DNA of 64,000 nt from an uncultured archaeon (GTDB lineage Archaea > Iainarchaeota > Iainarchaeia > Iainarchaeales > 1-14-0-10-31-34): positions 128,001 to 192,000 of the forward strand of contig CAZSOZ010000001.1 in NCBI GenBank assembly GCA_964608675.1, given 5' to 3'. Below are positions 9,649 through 19,315 of this stretch, piece after piece. The notes under the pieces were generated by a model. The model saw only the letters and a list, made by a program, of their open reading frames with translations. It made no database searches and was not told the origin of the DNA. How positions within the stretch are numbered: position 1 is the stretch's first letter; each line of letters begins with the position of its first letter. A program made the translations under genes and the position numbers.

Positions 9649-11124
9649 TCAAGAAATAATTAATTCAGGAAGCGGAAGATTTTCTTTTCTGGAAAACTCA
9701 GAAAGAATCTCCAAAGGATTGCGTGAATCCAATAAAACAGCATTCTTTCTAATATAAGATTTAGATGAATTTAAAATAGAAAAACTTGAAAATCTGCTTA
9801 AAACAGAAGAAAAAACACAGGAAACTGCTTCAGAAAAAATTGAATCAAAAAAAGCAGAAGAAAAAGAAGTTAAATGAAAAGGAACAGAAGAAAAAATTAA
9901 TTTAAGAACTGAAGCAAATTCAGAAAAAAACAGGAAATCAAGATTGTTTTCCAAAAAAAGCTTGAATGCAATTTTGTTTTCTTTAATTGATTTTTTTTCC
10001 ATTTCTTCAAGTAAATTATTAAAAAATAAAAGCCTGTTGTTTAATTCATTTAATTCTCTGGAAAAAAAGTTTTCTTTTTTTGTGCAAAACCAGTTCAAAG
10101 AATGATCAGACAAAAAAACAGCTTTTTCTTCTGAAAAAAGAGTTAACGCATCATCAAAAGGAACCCTTAAAACATCGTTTCTGAAAAAAGGCCCTAAAGG
10201 AATTGATTTAAGCTTCCATTCCTTCATTCTTTTAATTCTCTTTTCTTCTCCTGAAGCACAGGAATGAAAAAAAGAAGAAAATTTTTTGCTGGAAGACTCA
10301 AAATAAACAGCATCCTGAACAAACTTTATTTCAATCAAAGAAGAAGGAAGAATATTCCTTTGATTCAAATCAGAAGGAACACAACAATTACAGTTAACTG
10401 AATCAAAACCTAAATTATAAAAAGGAAAAGAAAACAAAACAGGCCAAACAGAAGAAAAATTGATTTCCTTTAATTCACTAAAATAATTTTTTTCAGAAAA
10501 ACCTGAATCAAATTTCTGCTTTTTTTTCAGAAAAGCAAAATTGTTTCTGAATAAAACTGCTTCAATAAAAGAATCCAAAATAAAAGGAGTCGATTTAGGA
10601 AGAACAGTTAAATTAACACACAAAATATTTGAAAGAATAATTTTATTCATAAATTCTTTTGTGTTCTGCTTTGAAAAAGAAAGCATTTCAGAAACATTTT
10701 CCTTCAAAGAACCGCAGGCAAAATTAAAACTTACATCAGGGACTCCATCAAGGTTTTTCTTTTTAATTTTATCATCAATTTTAAATTCATCAAAAAAACT
10801 CCAGTTTTTTGAAAGCAAAAACTGTCTTTCAGGAGAAAGCAGAATACACTTTTTACTGCACAACAAATTTATTTCCTCTAAAAGAGACAAATCAGAAGAA
10901 AAAACTTTTAATCCATTAACTACTTTTTCTGATTTCAGTTTATTTTGTTTAAAAAAATTCTGCAAAGAACCAGAAATAAGAGAATTATGAATTAAAATAA
11001 ACGGAATAAAAGAAAAAGAAAAACTCTTTCTTCCAACAGAAGAAGAAAATTCAACGCTAACCCTTTTTTTGTTTTGAATGTACTCTGCATTGGATAAATA
11101 AAAGGTATTGGAAGTTAAAGGCAT
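9649..11124 (-). CDS. Highly diverged, inactivated family-B DNA polymerase derivative
   Basis: Degenerate motif A INFSSVWP...NLGFDSVNCNCC, WFCTKK, motif B-like LKLIFSS; YGDTDS lost. Confidence 0.72.
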   Translation of the reverse strand: MPLTSNTFYLSNAEYIQNKKRVSVEFSSSVGRKSFSFSFIPFILIHNSLISGSLQNFFKQNKLKSEKVVNGLKVFSSDLSLLEEINLLCSKKCILLSPERQFLLSKNWSFFDEFKIDDKIKKKNLDGVPDVSFNFACGSLKENVSEMLSFSKQNTKEFMNKIILSNILCVNLTVLPKSTPFILDSFIEAVLFRNNFAFLKKKQKFDSGFSEKNYFSELKEINFSSVWPVLFSFPFYNLGFDSVNCNCCVPSDLNQRNILPSSLIEIKFVQDAVYFESSSKKFSSFFHSCASGEEKRIKRMKEWKLKSIPLGPFFRNDVLRVPFDDALTLFSEEKAVFLSDHSLNWFCTKKENFFSRELNELNNRLLFFNNLLEEMEKKSIKENKIAFKLFLENNLDFLFFSEFASVLKLIFSSVPFHLTSFSSAFFDSIFSEAVSCVFSSVLSRFSSFSILNSSKSYIRKNAVLLDSRNPLEILSEFSRKENLPLPELIIS

Positions 11125-11191
11125 AAATGAAAAAAACTTTCAGGTATTTAAAAAGAAAAACCAAACCCCTTTCTGCCGATGAAAAAAGAAA

Positions 11192-11235
11192 AAATATATA
11201 CTAAATATATACAAATTATAATTCAGTATATATTT
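11192..11235. promoter_or_regulatory. Probable operator of the RHH regulator
   Basis: AAATATATAC at 11192 and 11203, plus its inverse GTATATATTT at 11226, just upstream of the RHH gene. Confidence 0.5.
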
Positions 11236-11261
11236 ATTAATGTGTGTGGAGTTGTATTAGT

Positions 11262-11513
11262 ATGGCTTCAAAAATAGGAGTATTAATTAATTTTTCAAAA
11301 AAAGACATTCAGGAAATAGACAAACTCGTTAAAAACGGTTTTTATTCTTCAAGAACTGAAGCAGTAAGAGATTCCGTAAGACAAAGAATTCAGGAATTAA
11401 GCGGTAAAACTAAAAAAGGCTTGAGTTATGACAAAGACGACAAACTCGAAAAAGCATTAGAAGAATACATTAACGATGACCCGTCAACGAGGCTGAAAAA
11501 ACTGGGGTTTTGA
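11262..11513 (+). CDS. Ribbon-helix-helix (CopG/Arc/MetJ) regulator or antitoxin
   Basis: IDKLVKNGFYSSRTEAVRDSVR. Confidence 0.85.
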   Translation: MASKIGVLINFSKKDIQEIDKLVKNGFYSSRTEAVRDSVRQRIQELSGKTKKGLSYDKDDKLEKALEEYINDDPSTRLKKLGF

Positions 11514-11677
11514 TTAGTTAGGCTTTTTATAGTCAGTAAAACATATTTTTTAGACGGCAAAACTTTTTATTACGGAAAAAGAATTTCTACGAGAAATCAA
11601 AAAAAATTCCCGGAACAGGATGCGAAAAAATTAACTAAAGAAGTTTTTGGAAGATTTTGGGAAAAAAGAAAAAAAGT

Positions 11678-13216
11678 TTAAAGAAATTGCTTTGCCTCGT
11701 TTTGCCTTTCATCTGAATTTGACTCAAATTCTTCTGCAGAATCTTCAAGAGATTTTTCGTGAATTGACTCCTGTGAAAGCCTTTTTCTAACTTTAAAAAA
11801 CAAAGGAAAGCCTGTTGCTTCTCCTAAAATTAATGCTTCCCCAACTCTTAACACTGTAATCATTTCCAATGAACGGGAATCCATTCCTTCAGAACTTTCT
11901 CCAATATGCTTTAAGTCATAAGGATTAGTAATCCGCAAAATAATATGAGTATTACACTGGCTTAAAACTGTAGTGCTTAATTGAATCGGCCTCTGAGAAA
12001 TCAAACACAAAGAAGACCCAAATTTTCTTCCTTCCCTTGCAATTGTTTCAAGAATACTTCTTGCTATTGCACTCTCTTTTGAAACTTTTTCAGGAATAAA
12101 CTGGTGGGCTTCCTCTAAAACTAAAAGAAAAGGAGGAATGCTTTTCTGTCTTCTCAGAAAAAAAAGCTTGTTTGCAAAATAATTCACAATAATCTGCTTT
12201 TTTTTAAGGTTAATTATATCTGATAAATCCACTACAGTCATTTTTCCGGATTCAACTAAATCCTCTAAAGAAGGAGAATCAGTTTCAGAAAACAAATTCA
12301 AAGAATCAAGTTCAACAAACCATGAATTCAAAGCTTTTTCAGTTGAATCCTTTACTTCTTCATCTTTTGCTAATTCAATTCTCAAATCATTCAAAGAATA
12401 AGGTCCCAAACCTTCTCTCATTTTCTGTTGAAGTTTTCCTATAACCCTGTTTAAATCCCTTTTTTGAGGCGCACTTAAACCAGGCAAAATAGAAGAAAAC
12501 ATTCCTGAAGAAAGTCTTGAAACCCCTATTTTAATGTTTCTTGCTTTCACTAATTTTGTTTTAAAACTATAATCTTTGTGTTCTTTTTTTATTGCTGGTT
12601 CAGAAAAAGAAGTGTATTCTCCGTGTACATCCAAAACAATGACTGCAAGTCTTCCCTGCTCTTTTTTTCGGTTTAATAATTCTTCAAGTAAAACAGAAAC
12701 AAAATAACTTTTTCCTGCCCCTGACATTGCAAGAACCGCTAAATGCTTTTGAAGCATTCTAGTTAAATTAATTTTTACTTCAGTGTCATGATATTCAACT
12801 TTTCCAAGACTTAAACCATTTTGTTCATCAAAGTTAAAAAATTTTTTCAAATTTGATTCAGAAGCAGTTCTTACTTTTGTTCCTGGAGAAGGAGGAAAAG
12901 TAGAACGCTTTGCAAGAGTTTCAGTGAAAACCCCCAAAGGCTTGGTTTCCCCTACAAGAAATTCCCATTCACTTGAAGGAAACTGGTCATTAAGGCTTAC
13001 TCCATTAGATTCAAATTCCTTAACTGAATCCGCTCTCTCAAAATAACGATTTGTTTTCACTACATTGTTAACCAAAGCAATAAGGGTTCCTTCAGAGTAA
13101 TCCATTTCCACAAACTGCCCTCTATGAATCGGCAAATCAGAATTAACAACAAAATCCACTTTTGAAGGATTAGGCGAATCAGGCCTTGAAATAACTGTTC
13201 CTAGTTCTTTTTCCAT
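11678..13216 (-). CDS. herA: HerA helicase/translocase
   Basis: HAS-barrel N-terminus, HLAVLAMSGAGKS, DVHGEY, EEAH, EGRKFG, SQRP. Confidence 0.93.
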   Translation of the reverse strand: MEKELGTVISRPDSPNPSKVDFVVNSDLPIHRGQFVEMDYSEGTLIALVNNVVKTNRYFERADSVKEFESNGVSLNDQFPSSEWEFLVGETKPLGVFTETLAKRSTFPPSPGTKVRTASESNLKKFFNFDEQNGLSLGKVEYHDTEVKINLTRMLQKHLAVLAMSGAGKSYFVSVLLEELLNRKKEQGRLAVIVLDVHGEYTSFSEPAIKKEHKDYSFKTKLVKARNIKIGVSRLSSGMFSSILPGLSAPQKRDLNRVIGKLQQKMREGLGPYSLNDLRIELAKDEEVKDSTEKALNSWFVELDSLNLFSETDSPSLEDLVESGKMTVVDLSDIINLKKKQIIVNYFANKLFFLRRQKSIPPFLLVLEEAHQFIPEKVSKESAIARSILETIAREGRKFGSSLCLISQRPIQLSTTVLSQCNTHIILRITNPYDLKHIGESSEGMDSRSLEMITVLRVGEALILGEATGFPLFFKVRKRLSQESIHEKSLEDSAEEFESNSDERQNEAKQFL

Positions 13217-13270
13217 AAATTAAAAAGGTTTAAAAGATATTTAAAAGTTTTCAGTGCAAAATGCCGGTGA

Positions 13271-14002
13271 TTATTTTTTTGCAATAACTTTATTTAATTC
13301 CTTCAAAGAAGAAATAACTGCATCCACAGGAATTTTTTTTTCTTTAAATTTTCTTTTTCTGTCAATTAAAATTGTTTTAAGTCCCGCCCGCTTTGCGCCT
13401 TTCATGTCAGTTCTATAGCTGTCTCCAACCATTACTGCTTCCTCAGGCTTTAATTTAAGTTTCTTCAACGGAACAAAAAAAATTTTTGGATTAGGCTTTA
13501 ATAAACCAACAGAACAAGAAAGCATTACTTCGTCAAAATATTTTTCTAATTTGAATTCCCCTGAATTAACAAGAGACTGAATTCCAAAGTTCTCGCAATT
13601 GGAAATTAAAACAGTCTTAAATTTTTTTCTGGTTTCAGACAAAACAGTTTTTGTTTCAGGATAAAGCTTGTTGTTTTTTAAGGCAAGATTCCATAAAAAA
13701 TCAAGGTCTCCTAAAATAATTTCTCCAGACATAATAGAAAAATAATTCAAAAGCCTTGAATTAAGGTTTGCAAGACTACTGAAGTTTTCAAGCATAATTG
13801 CTTTCTCACATTCCTGCAAAAACTGAGAATGTGTTAATTCATTCAAACCCAAACGAATTTGCATTTCCCTAAAAACATCCTTTTTGATATCAGTAAAAGC
13901 AAGAGTATTCCAAAAATCAAAAAAAACTGCTTTCACTTTCAGCTTCTTTTTTCTGCTTTTCACATCTTTTTTTTCTTTTATGGTTGATTTCTTTTTTTTC
14001 AT
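13271..14002 (-). CDS. HAD-superfamily hydrolase
   Basis: FFDFWNTL, ISN, KPNP, VGDSYRTD. Confidence 0.9.
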   Translation of the reverse strand: MKKKKSTIKEKKDVKSRKKKLKVKAVFFDFWNTLAFTDIKKDVFREMQIRLGLNELTHSQFLQECEKAIMLENFSSLANLNSRLLNYFSIMSGEIILGDLDFLWNLALKNNKLYPETKTVLSETRKKFKTVLISNCENFGIQSLVNSGEFKLEKYFDEVMLSCSVGLLKPNPKIFFVPLKKLKLKPEEAVMVGDSYRTDMKGAKRAGLKTILIDRKRKFKEKKIPVDAVISSLKELNKVIAKK

Positions 14003-14073
14003 AGAAAAAAAGAAAAGAAGAAAAAAGATTTAATTAGAACGGACAAGAATTTCTTCTTAAAATAAAAAATTAG

Positions 14074-14388
14074 TCAAGCTTTTAGTTTTGAAATTCTCTT
14101 ATCCAATTCACTGTATAACACAGTTTTCTTTTCTTTGCTTAACTTAAACAATTTTTTGGTTACGGCTTTTTCAGTGATTGTAAAAATATAATTTGTTTTA
14201 ATGACACTGTCTTTTATCGCCCCTTCTTTTTCAGTTAAAGAAATTCCTTTAATATCTAAATTACTTGTAATTCCTGCAACAACAAAATTAGTAAACTCTT
14301 CAAACAAGATTACTGCAGGTCTTTTTTTTGTTTCAAAAGAATCCAAAAACTGGACTTGAGCTAAAACAACATCTCCTGATTTAAGCAT
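14074..14388 (-). CDS. MazF/PemK-family toxin
   Basis: GDVVL..F.D....KKRPAVI...ITS; probable start MLKSG overlaps the antitoxin stop. Confidence 0.85.
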   Translation of the reverse strand: MLKSGDVVLAQVQFLDSFETKKRPAVILFEEFTNFVVAGITSNLDIKGISLTEKEGAIKDSVIKTNYIFTITEKAVTKKLFKLSKEKKTVLYSELDKRISKLKA

Positions 14389-14602
14389 TCTCCCAATCCT
14401 CATCTTCCTCGTTATCCCATAATTCAGCCATCTTTTCCTGTTGAATTCTATGCAAATATTCATCATACTGTTTTCTATGAAGATTATAGGCTTTAAGCAG
14501 ATTGCCAATCAGCTCAGAATAAGTTTGTCTTGAATATTTTTTGGATTTTTTCAGTTTTTTTACAATATCTTTTTCTAATTGAATCGTAGTAACTTCAGAC
14601 AT
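14381..14602 (-). CDS. Antitoxin (RHH-like, acidic tail)
   Basis: TTIQL...ETYSE-like N-terminus, ELWDNEEDEDW tail; coupled to the toxin. Confidence 0.8.
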   Translation of the reverse strand: MSEVTTIQLEKDIVKKLKKSKKYSRQTYSELIGNLLKAYNLHRKQYDEYLHRIQQEKMAELWDNEEDEDWENA

Positions 14603-14659
14603 ATAATTCACTATAGTTAACATACAGCAAACTATATAAAATAATTTGGTTTTTAAGAA

Positions 14660-15757
14660 TTAAAAAGGTCTTGAATTTCTTCTTAAAGCAAGAAAAGCAT
14701 TATCTCTTCCAAGTTTGTCCTGAATTTTGTTGAACAAAATTTCAATTTCATTCGGTTTTAATCTGGCTCTTAAATCAGCTTCAATCAAAACGCTTGGATA
14801 AGCATACTCTTTATGCAGAGAAGACAAAGAAAGCAGAACAGACGCAATTTCGTTTGCGTCTTTGGATAAATTTTTTCCGTTATGCAAAAATTCAATACGT
14901 AAAGGCCTGTCAAGCAAAGAAGGCTTTAAATAAAAAGCCTTGATTTTTGAAGCCCATTCTACTTTAAAATCATTTAAAATAGGGTGCTCTTTAATTGAAG
15001 AAGAATAATTAAAACAAAAACTTCTCTGATTTTTTGCAAGCAAATAATCCAACAGACTTGAATCAAAAAAGAAATCCAAAACACTTGGTTCAATTAACTT
15101 ATTTTTATTCACAACTTCTTTTTGAAGAATGCTTCTGAATCTTGAACCCCTTGAATCCTCTACTGTTGCAATCAAATTACAGGAATTTTGTTCTGCTGAC
15201 TCATACAAAGACTGAAACAATTCAATTAATTTTGAATAAGCAGAATACAGCTGGGAATCTTTTTTTGTTTCAGCATACTGAGGGATAATGCTTCCATCAA
15301 TCAAACAATAATCAGGATTAAATTCTTCAATAACTTTTTTTGAATTAGAAATTTCTTCTTCCAGCCTTAAAAAAGATTTATTGCATTCAAATTCATCATT
15401 TTCCAATACATTTGATGAAATAAAAGGCTTTGGAAAAGCAGTGGGAGAAGGAAAATAATCTGCTTTTTCCAGTTTGTTTTTTTTATAAGAAAAAATTGCT
15501 GAAACAGTTTTAACTAAAATAATGTCGATTGAATGCATGCGTTTTCCAACAAACCCTGAATCAGTTCCTGCAATTTTACAGTTTAATTCTGCTGGAAAAA
15601 CATTAAAACAAAATTTTTCTTCAAGCAGTTCACTTGAATTAAATTCCATTAAATTTTGTTTTTTTAACTGAAGAAGTTTTTCTGCAACAACCTTTTTTTT
15701 TACTTCGCTTCCCTTTATTTTTCCCACTGCATCATTGATTAAAGAATTTATGTTCAT
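14660..15757 (-). CDS. nurA: NurA nuclease
   Basis: GTDSG, IDGS, YPSVLIEAD motifs; near herA. Confidence 0.9.
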   Translation of the reverse strand: MNINSLINDAVGKIKGSEVKKKVVAEKLLQLKKQNLMEFNSSELLEEKFCFNVFPAELNCKIAGTDSGFVGKRMHSIDIILVKTVSAIFSYKKNKLEKADYFPSPTAFPKPFISSNVLENDEFECNKSFLRLEEEISNSKKVIEEFNPDYCLIDGSIIPQYAETKKDSQLYSAYSKLIELFQSLYESAEQNSCNLIATVEDSRGSRFRSILQKEVVNKNKLIEPSVLDFFFDSSLLDYLLAKNQRSFCFNYSSSIKEHPILNDFKVEWASKIKAFYLKPSLLDRPLRIEFLHNGKNLSKDANEIASVLLSLSSLHKEYAYPSVLIEADLRARLKPNEIEILFNKIQDKLGRDNAFLALRRNSRPF

Positions 15758-15912
15758 ACAAAAAAATAGTTTTTGAACCTTTAAAAAGGTTCTTAAAGAA
15801 AACTGCAGGTGAAAAAAAATAAAAACTGTTTAAACCAAAAAAAAAGTTATGAAGAAAAAAACAGTAGGATTAATAAAGTTGTATGGCTTTCTTTTTTTTG
15901 AGGAGATGCAAA

Positions 15913-16230
15913 ATGAAAGCAGTAATTGAAATCAAAGAATTAAAACAAGACTGGAATCCTCCATTCCAAAAAAAAACAGAAACAAGAGAAATGGAATTAG
16001 AAGAAGGACAAAAATTTGAATCAAACGGAAACGGAGGAAACGCTTTCAGGCTGATTCAAATAGGAAAAGAAAGAATTCTGGTTGAATACGATATAGGATA
16101 CACAAACAAAGGACACGTTCATCCAACCAACAGACAACTATGGATAGAAAAAGGCGAAAGCCAGAGTTTCAGCGAATTATGGGGAAGTAATGGAACAACA
16201 AAAACAATAACCCTAAAAAATTTAATTTGA
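15913..16230 (+). CDS. Hypothetical protein
   Basis: ORF with AGGAG SD-like site. Confidence 0.7.
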   Translation: MKAVIEIKELKQDWNPPFQKKTETREMELEEGQKFESNGNGGNAFRLIQIGKERILVEYDIGYTNKGHVHPTNRQLWIEKGESQSFSELWGSNGTTKTITLKNLI

Positions 16231-16240
16231 GGTGAAAAAA

Positions 16241-16432
16241 ATGGGATGCGGATGCTGTGAAGAAACAGAAGAAACAGAACACAAACATGAACACTGCGGA
16301 AAAGAAATGGAATGCAAAGACAACAAATACTTTTGTGTTGAATGCGGTTTTGAAGAAGAATGCGACTGCGGAGACAACAAAACAAGCAAAGAAACAGAAG
16401 AAACAAAAGATGATTCAGATTCTGAAGAATAA
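16241..16432 (+). CDS. Small Cys/His/acid-rich metal-binding protein
   Basis: MGCGCC...HKHEHCG...FCVECG...CDCG; GAGGTG SD. Confidence 0.7.
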   Translation: MGCGCCEETEETEHKHEHCGKEMECKDNKYFCVECGFEEECDCGDNKTSKETEETKDDSDSEE

Positions 16433-16448
16433 AAAAAACTGGTTGAAA

Positions 16449-16799
16449 ATGGAATTCAAACAAGCAATAGTAATCAGAACTGATTTAAAAATGGGAAAAG
16501 GCAAAACCGCAGTTCAATCAAGCCATGCTTCAATTGAAGCAATGGAAAAAACAAAAATAAAGCGCCCTGACTGGGTTAAAGAATGGAAACAAACAGGAAT
16601 GCAAAAAATTGTATTAAAAGTTAATTCAGAAAAAGAATTACTTGAATTATTTGAATTAACCAAAAAAGAAATTCCATCAGCTTTAATCAGGGATGCAGGA
16701 AGAACACAAATTCCTTCAGGAACCAAAACCTGTATCGGGGTAGGCCCTGCACCAGAAGAACTAATAAACAAATATACAAAAAAACTGAAACTACTTTAA
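16449..16799 (+). CDS. pth2: Peptidyl-tRNA hydrolase Pth2
   Basis: KQAIVIRTDLKMGKGK, DAGRTQI, GPAP. Confidence 0.95.
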   Translation: MEFKQAIVIRTDLKMGKGKTAVQSSHASIEAMEKTKIKRPDWVKEWKQTGMQKIVLKVNSEKELLELFELTKKEIPSALIRDAGRTQIPSGTKTCIGVGPAPEELINKYTKKLKLL

Positions 16800-16804
16800 A
16801 TTAT

Positions 16805-17686
16805 TCATTTTTTAGTTTTAAAAAAATTAATAATAGTCCTTAATCTGGATAAAAAACTCTTTTGAATTGGAAGTTTTTTTTTCTGCAAAAAACTTATTAT
16901 TTCTTCATTAGAGATTTTTGCTTCAATAAAATTAGCTGCAATAAGAGAATAAACAAACGATTTTCTTCTTTTTCCATACAATTCATTTAATTTATTAAAC
17001 AATTCAACAGAAAAAACACATTCAGCTTTCAAACTACTTTCATCAACTTTTTTTTCAGAAAAATAAAAATCCGCTAAAACTTTATTTGATTCCATAAAAA
17101 AATCTTGTTTTTTTTCCGTTTTTTTATTTCTTTTGTTTTTTTTATTTTTTGTTTTGCCTGCTTTTTGAATTCCATTTAATTTCCCTGATTTTTTTTTGCT
17201 TTTTTGCGCTCTCAGTTTTGTATTTAATTGCAGGATTTGAAGTTTTGCCTGCTCTTCTGCTTTGCGGGATTTGAGTTTTTTTGATTTAAGTTTCATTCGC
17301 TTTTTTTTTGGGCCGTAAATTTGATTCAAAGCATTTTCCACGGTTTCAGGACGAGAAAATTTATCTGATTGAACTCTATGAGAAAAATGAAAAGTTGGTT
17401 TTTTTTTAAAATCTAAATCAGCAGACTGTGTAGCCTGCTGGATTTTTTTATTACTGCCTTTTTTTGAAAAATTTTTTCCTTCAATTGAATTCCGCAAAAG
17501 CATTTCTTTTACCAGTTCGCGGGAAAAATTTGTCTGACTGCATATTTCATCTACAGACAATCCTTTTCTTTTTAAATTTACTACTTTTCTTTTTATGCTT
17601 TTTAAAATCTTTGAAGGCACAGCTCCTGCAGTCAAAGAAGAAGGAAATTTTTTCGGTCTTCCTGCTCTTTTTTTCTTTGCCGGCAT
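16805..17686 (-). CDS. Basic orphan protein with AT-hook-like N-terminus and possible HTH
   Basis: MPAKKKRAGRPKK; GLSVDEICSQTNFSRELV. Confidence 0.65.
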   Translation of the reverse strand: MPAKKKRAGRPKKFPSSLTAGAVPSKILKSIKRKVVNLKRKGLSVDEICSQTNFSRELVKEMLLRNSIEGKNFSKKGSNKKIQQATQSADLDFKKKPTFHFSHRVQSDKFSRPETVENALNQIYGPKKKRMKLKSKKLKSRKAEEQAKLQILQLNTKLRAQKSKKKSGKLNGIQKAGKTKNKKNKRNKKTEKKQDFFMESNKVLADFYFSEKKVDESSLKAECVFSVELFNKLNELYGKRRKSFVYSLIAANFIEAKISNEEIISFLQKKKLPIQKSFLSRLRTIINFFKTKK

Positions 17687-17759
17687 AAAAAAAAATCAAC
17701 TCTTTGCTTTTAAATAAGTAAATAGAATTATTTAAAGATTGCGTCACTTTTTTATTTGA

Positions 17760-18515
17760 ATGAAAATGAAAAAAGGTTTTTTTGACAGAGTTTATTCAAT
17801 AATAGAAAATTCAGATGTATTAATTGAAGTAGTTGACAGCAGGTTTCCAGAAAAAACAAGAAACAAAAAAATTGAAAACTTTATTAAAAGAAAAGGAAAA
17901 GAACTGATTTTAATTTTAAATAAATCAGACTTGATTTCAAAAAGAAATGCAGATAAAACAAAAAAAGAAATACAAAAAGAGTTTCCCTGCGTGTTTGTTT
18001 CCTCAACTGAAAAAAAAGGAACTTCAAGACTAAGAGAACTAATTTCAATTAAAATCAAAGGAAAAGGAAACACAATAGGATTAATTGGCTATCCAAACAC
18101 AGGGAAAAGTTCAATAATAAATGTTTTAAGCGGAAAAAAAATAAAGACTTCAATTACTGCAGGATTCACAAGAGGACAACAAATAATTAATGCAGGAAAA
18201 TTCAAGTTAATTGATTCTCCTGGAGTAATTCCATACGAAGAAAGAAACGAAAACGAACTAGTTTTAATTGGAGCAAAAAACCCGTCAAAATTAAAGTACC
18301 CGGAAGACGCAGCACTAAAATTAATTGAAATGCTTAAAGAAAAAAACCCAAAAGAACTGGAAAAACTTGGAGCACAAGAAAAAAAGGATTCAGAAAAAAT
18401 ACTTGAAGAAATTGCATTAAAAAGAAAAAGATTAATGAAAAAAGGCCTGCCTGACATTAATTCAGTTTCAAGGCAATTACTGCTAGAATTCCAAAAAGGA
18501 AAAATCAAAATATGA
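17760..18515 (+). CDS. Circularly permuted ribosome biogenesis GTPase (YlqF/RbgA family)
   Basis: NKSD precedes GYPNTGKSS and DSPG. Confidence 0.92.
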   Translation: MKMKKGFFDRVYSIIENSDVLIEVVDSRFPEKTRNKKIENFIKRKGKELILILNKSDLISKRNADKTKKEIQKEFPCVFVSSTEKKGTSRLRELISIKIKGKGNTIGLIGYPNTGKSSIINVLSGKKIKTSITAGFTRGQQIINAGKFKLIDSPGVIPYEERNENELVLIGAKNPSKLKYPEDAALKLIEMLKEKNPKELEKLGAQEKKDSEKILEEIALKRKRLMKKGLPDINSVSRQLLLEFQKGKIKI

Positions 18516-18581
18516 AAATTGAAATCTTTTTAAATAAGTTTGAACTTAATTTAAACAACAACCTTTGGAGGGAAAAAATAA

Positions 18582-19289
18582 ATGAACAAAAAAATGCTTT
18601 TTGGCTTAATTATTTTGGTTTTGGCTTTATCTCTTGCAGGATGCAGTGAACCTGTTCCTGACAACAACACAAATAAAAACCAGAACCAAAACCAAGATCA
18701 GGCTTCAAATGAATCAATTCAAGCAATCCTTGCAAAAGCTTCCGGTGTAAAAAACATTGAATACGAAATTGAAATGATTTTAAATGGAACTCCTTTGCCT
18801 GCACAACTAAAAATCTATGAAAAAGGAGAAAAATACAGAATGGAAACAAGTTTTATGGAACAAAGCCAGACAGGAATTTACGACGGACAACACGCATACA
18901 CTTATGATTCAGCAACAGACACATATTATTTAATGGAAGACGACGAACAAACAGGAAGCAAACCCATTGATTTTTCTGATATGTCAATCCAGGCATCAAA
19001 TGATGCTTCAATGAAAGAACTCGGAAAAGAAGAAGTCAGCGGACTAAAAACAAGAATAATAGAATTCAGTTATACTGCGCCAGAAGAAGAACCAACAAAA
19101 ACAAAAGCATGGATTTCAGAAAAATACGGAATACCAGTAAAATTTGAAGCAACAACAGGAACAGGCGAAAACGAAATGAAATCAGTAATGATTTTAAAAA
19201 ACATTAAAATTGGAACAGTAAAAGATTCTTTATTTGAAGTTCCGCAAGACAAAGTAAAATCATACGATGAAATGTGGAACACAGAATAA
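18582..19289 (+). CDS. Lipoprotein, LolA/DUF4412-like fold
   Basis: LAGC lipobox; GKEEVSG...KAWIS...GIPVK...DSLFEVP. Confidence 0.75.
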   Translation: MNKKMLFGLIILVLALSLAGCSEPVPDNNTNKNQNQNQDQASNESIQAILAKASGVKNIEYEIEMILNGTPLPAQLKIYEKGEKYRMETSFMEQSQTGIYDGQHAYTYDSATDTYYLMEDDEQTGSKPIDFSDMSIQASNDASMKELGKEEVSGLKTRIIEFSYTAPEEEPTKTKAWISEKYGIPVKFEATTGTGENEMKSVMILKNIKIGTVKDSLFEVPQDKVKSYDEMWNTE

Positions 19290-19315
19290 AATCTTCTCTT
19301 TTTTTTCTTTTTTTT

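Noticed and set aside
11678-13216. HerA as an anti-phage system (Sir2-HerA type)
   Set aside because: No Sir2 or DUF4297 partner; NurA and Rad50 nearby indicate repair HerA.
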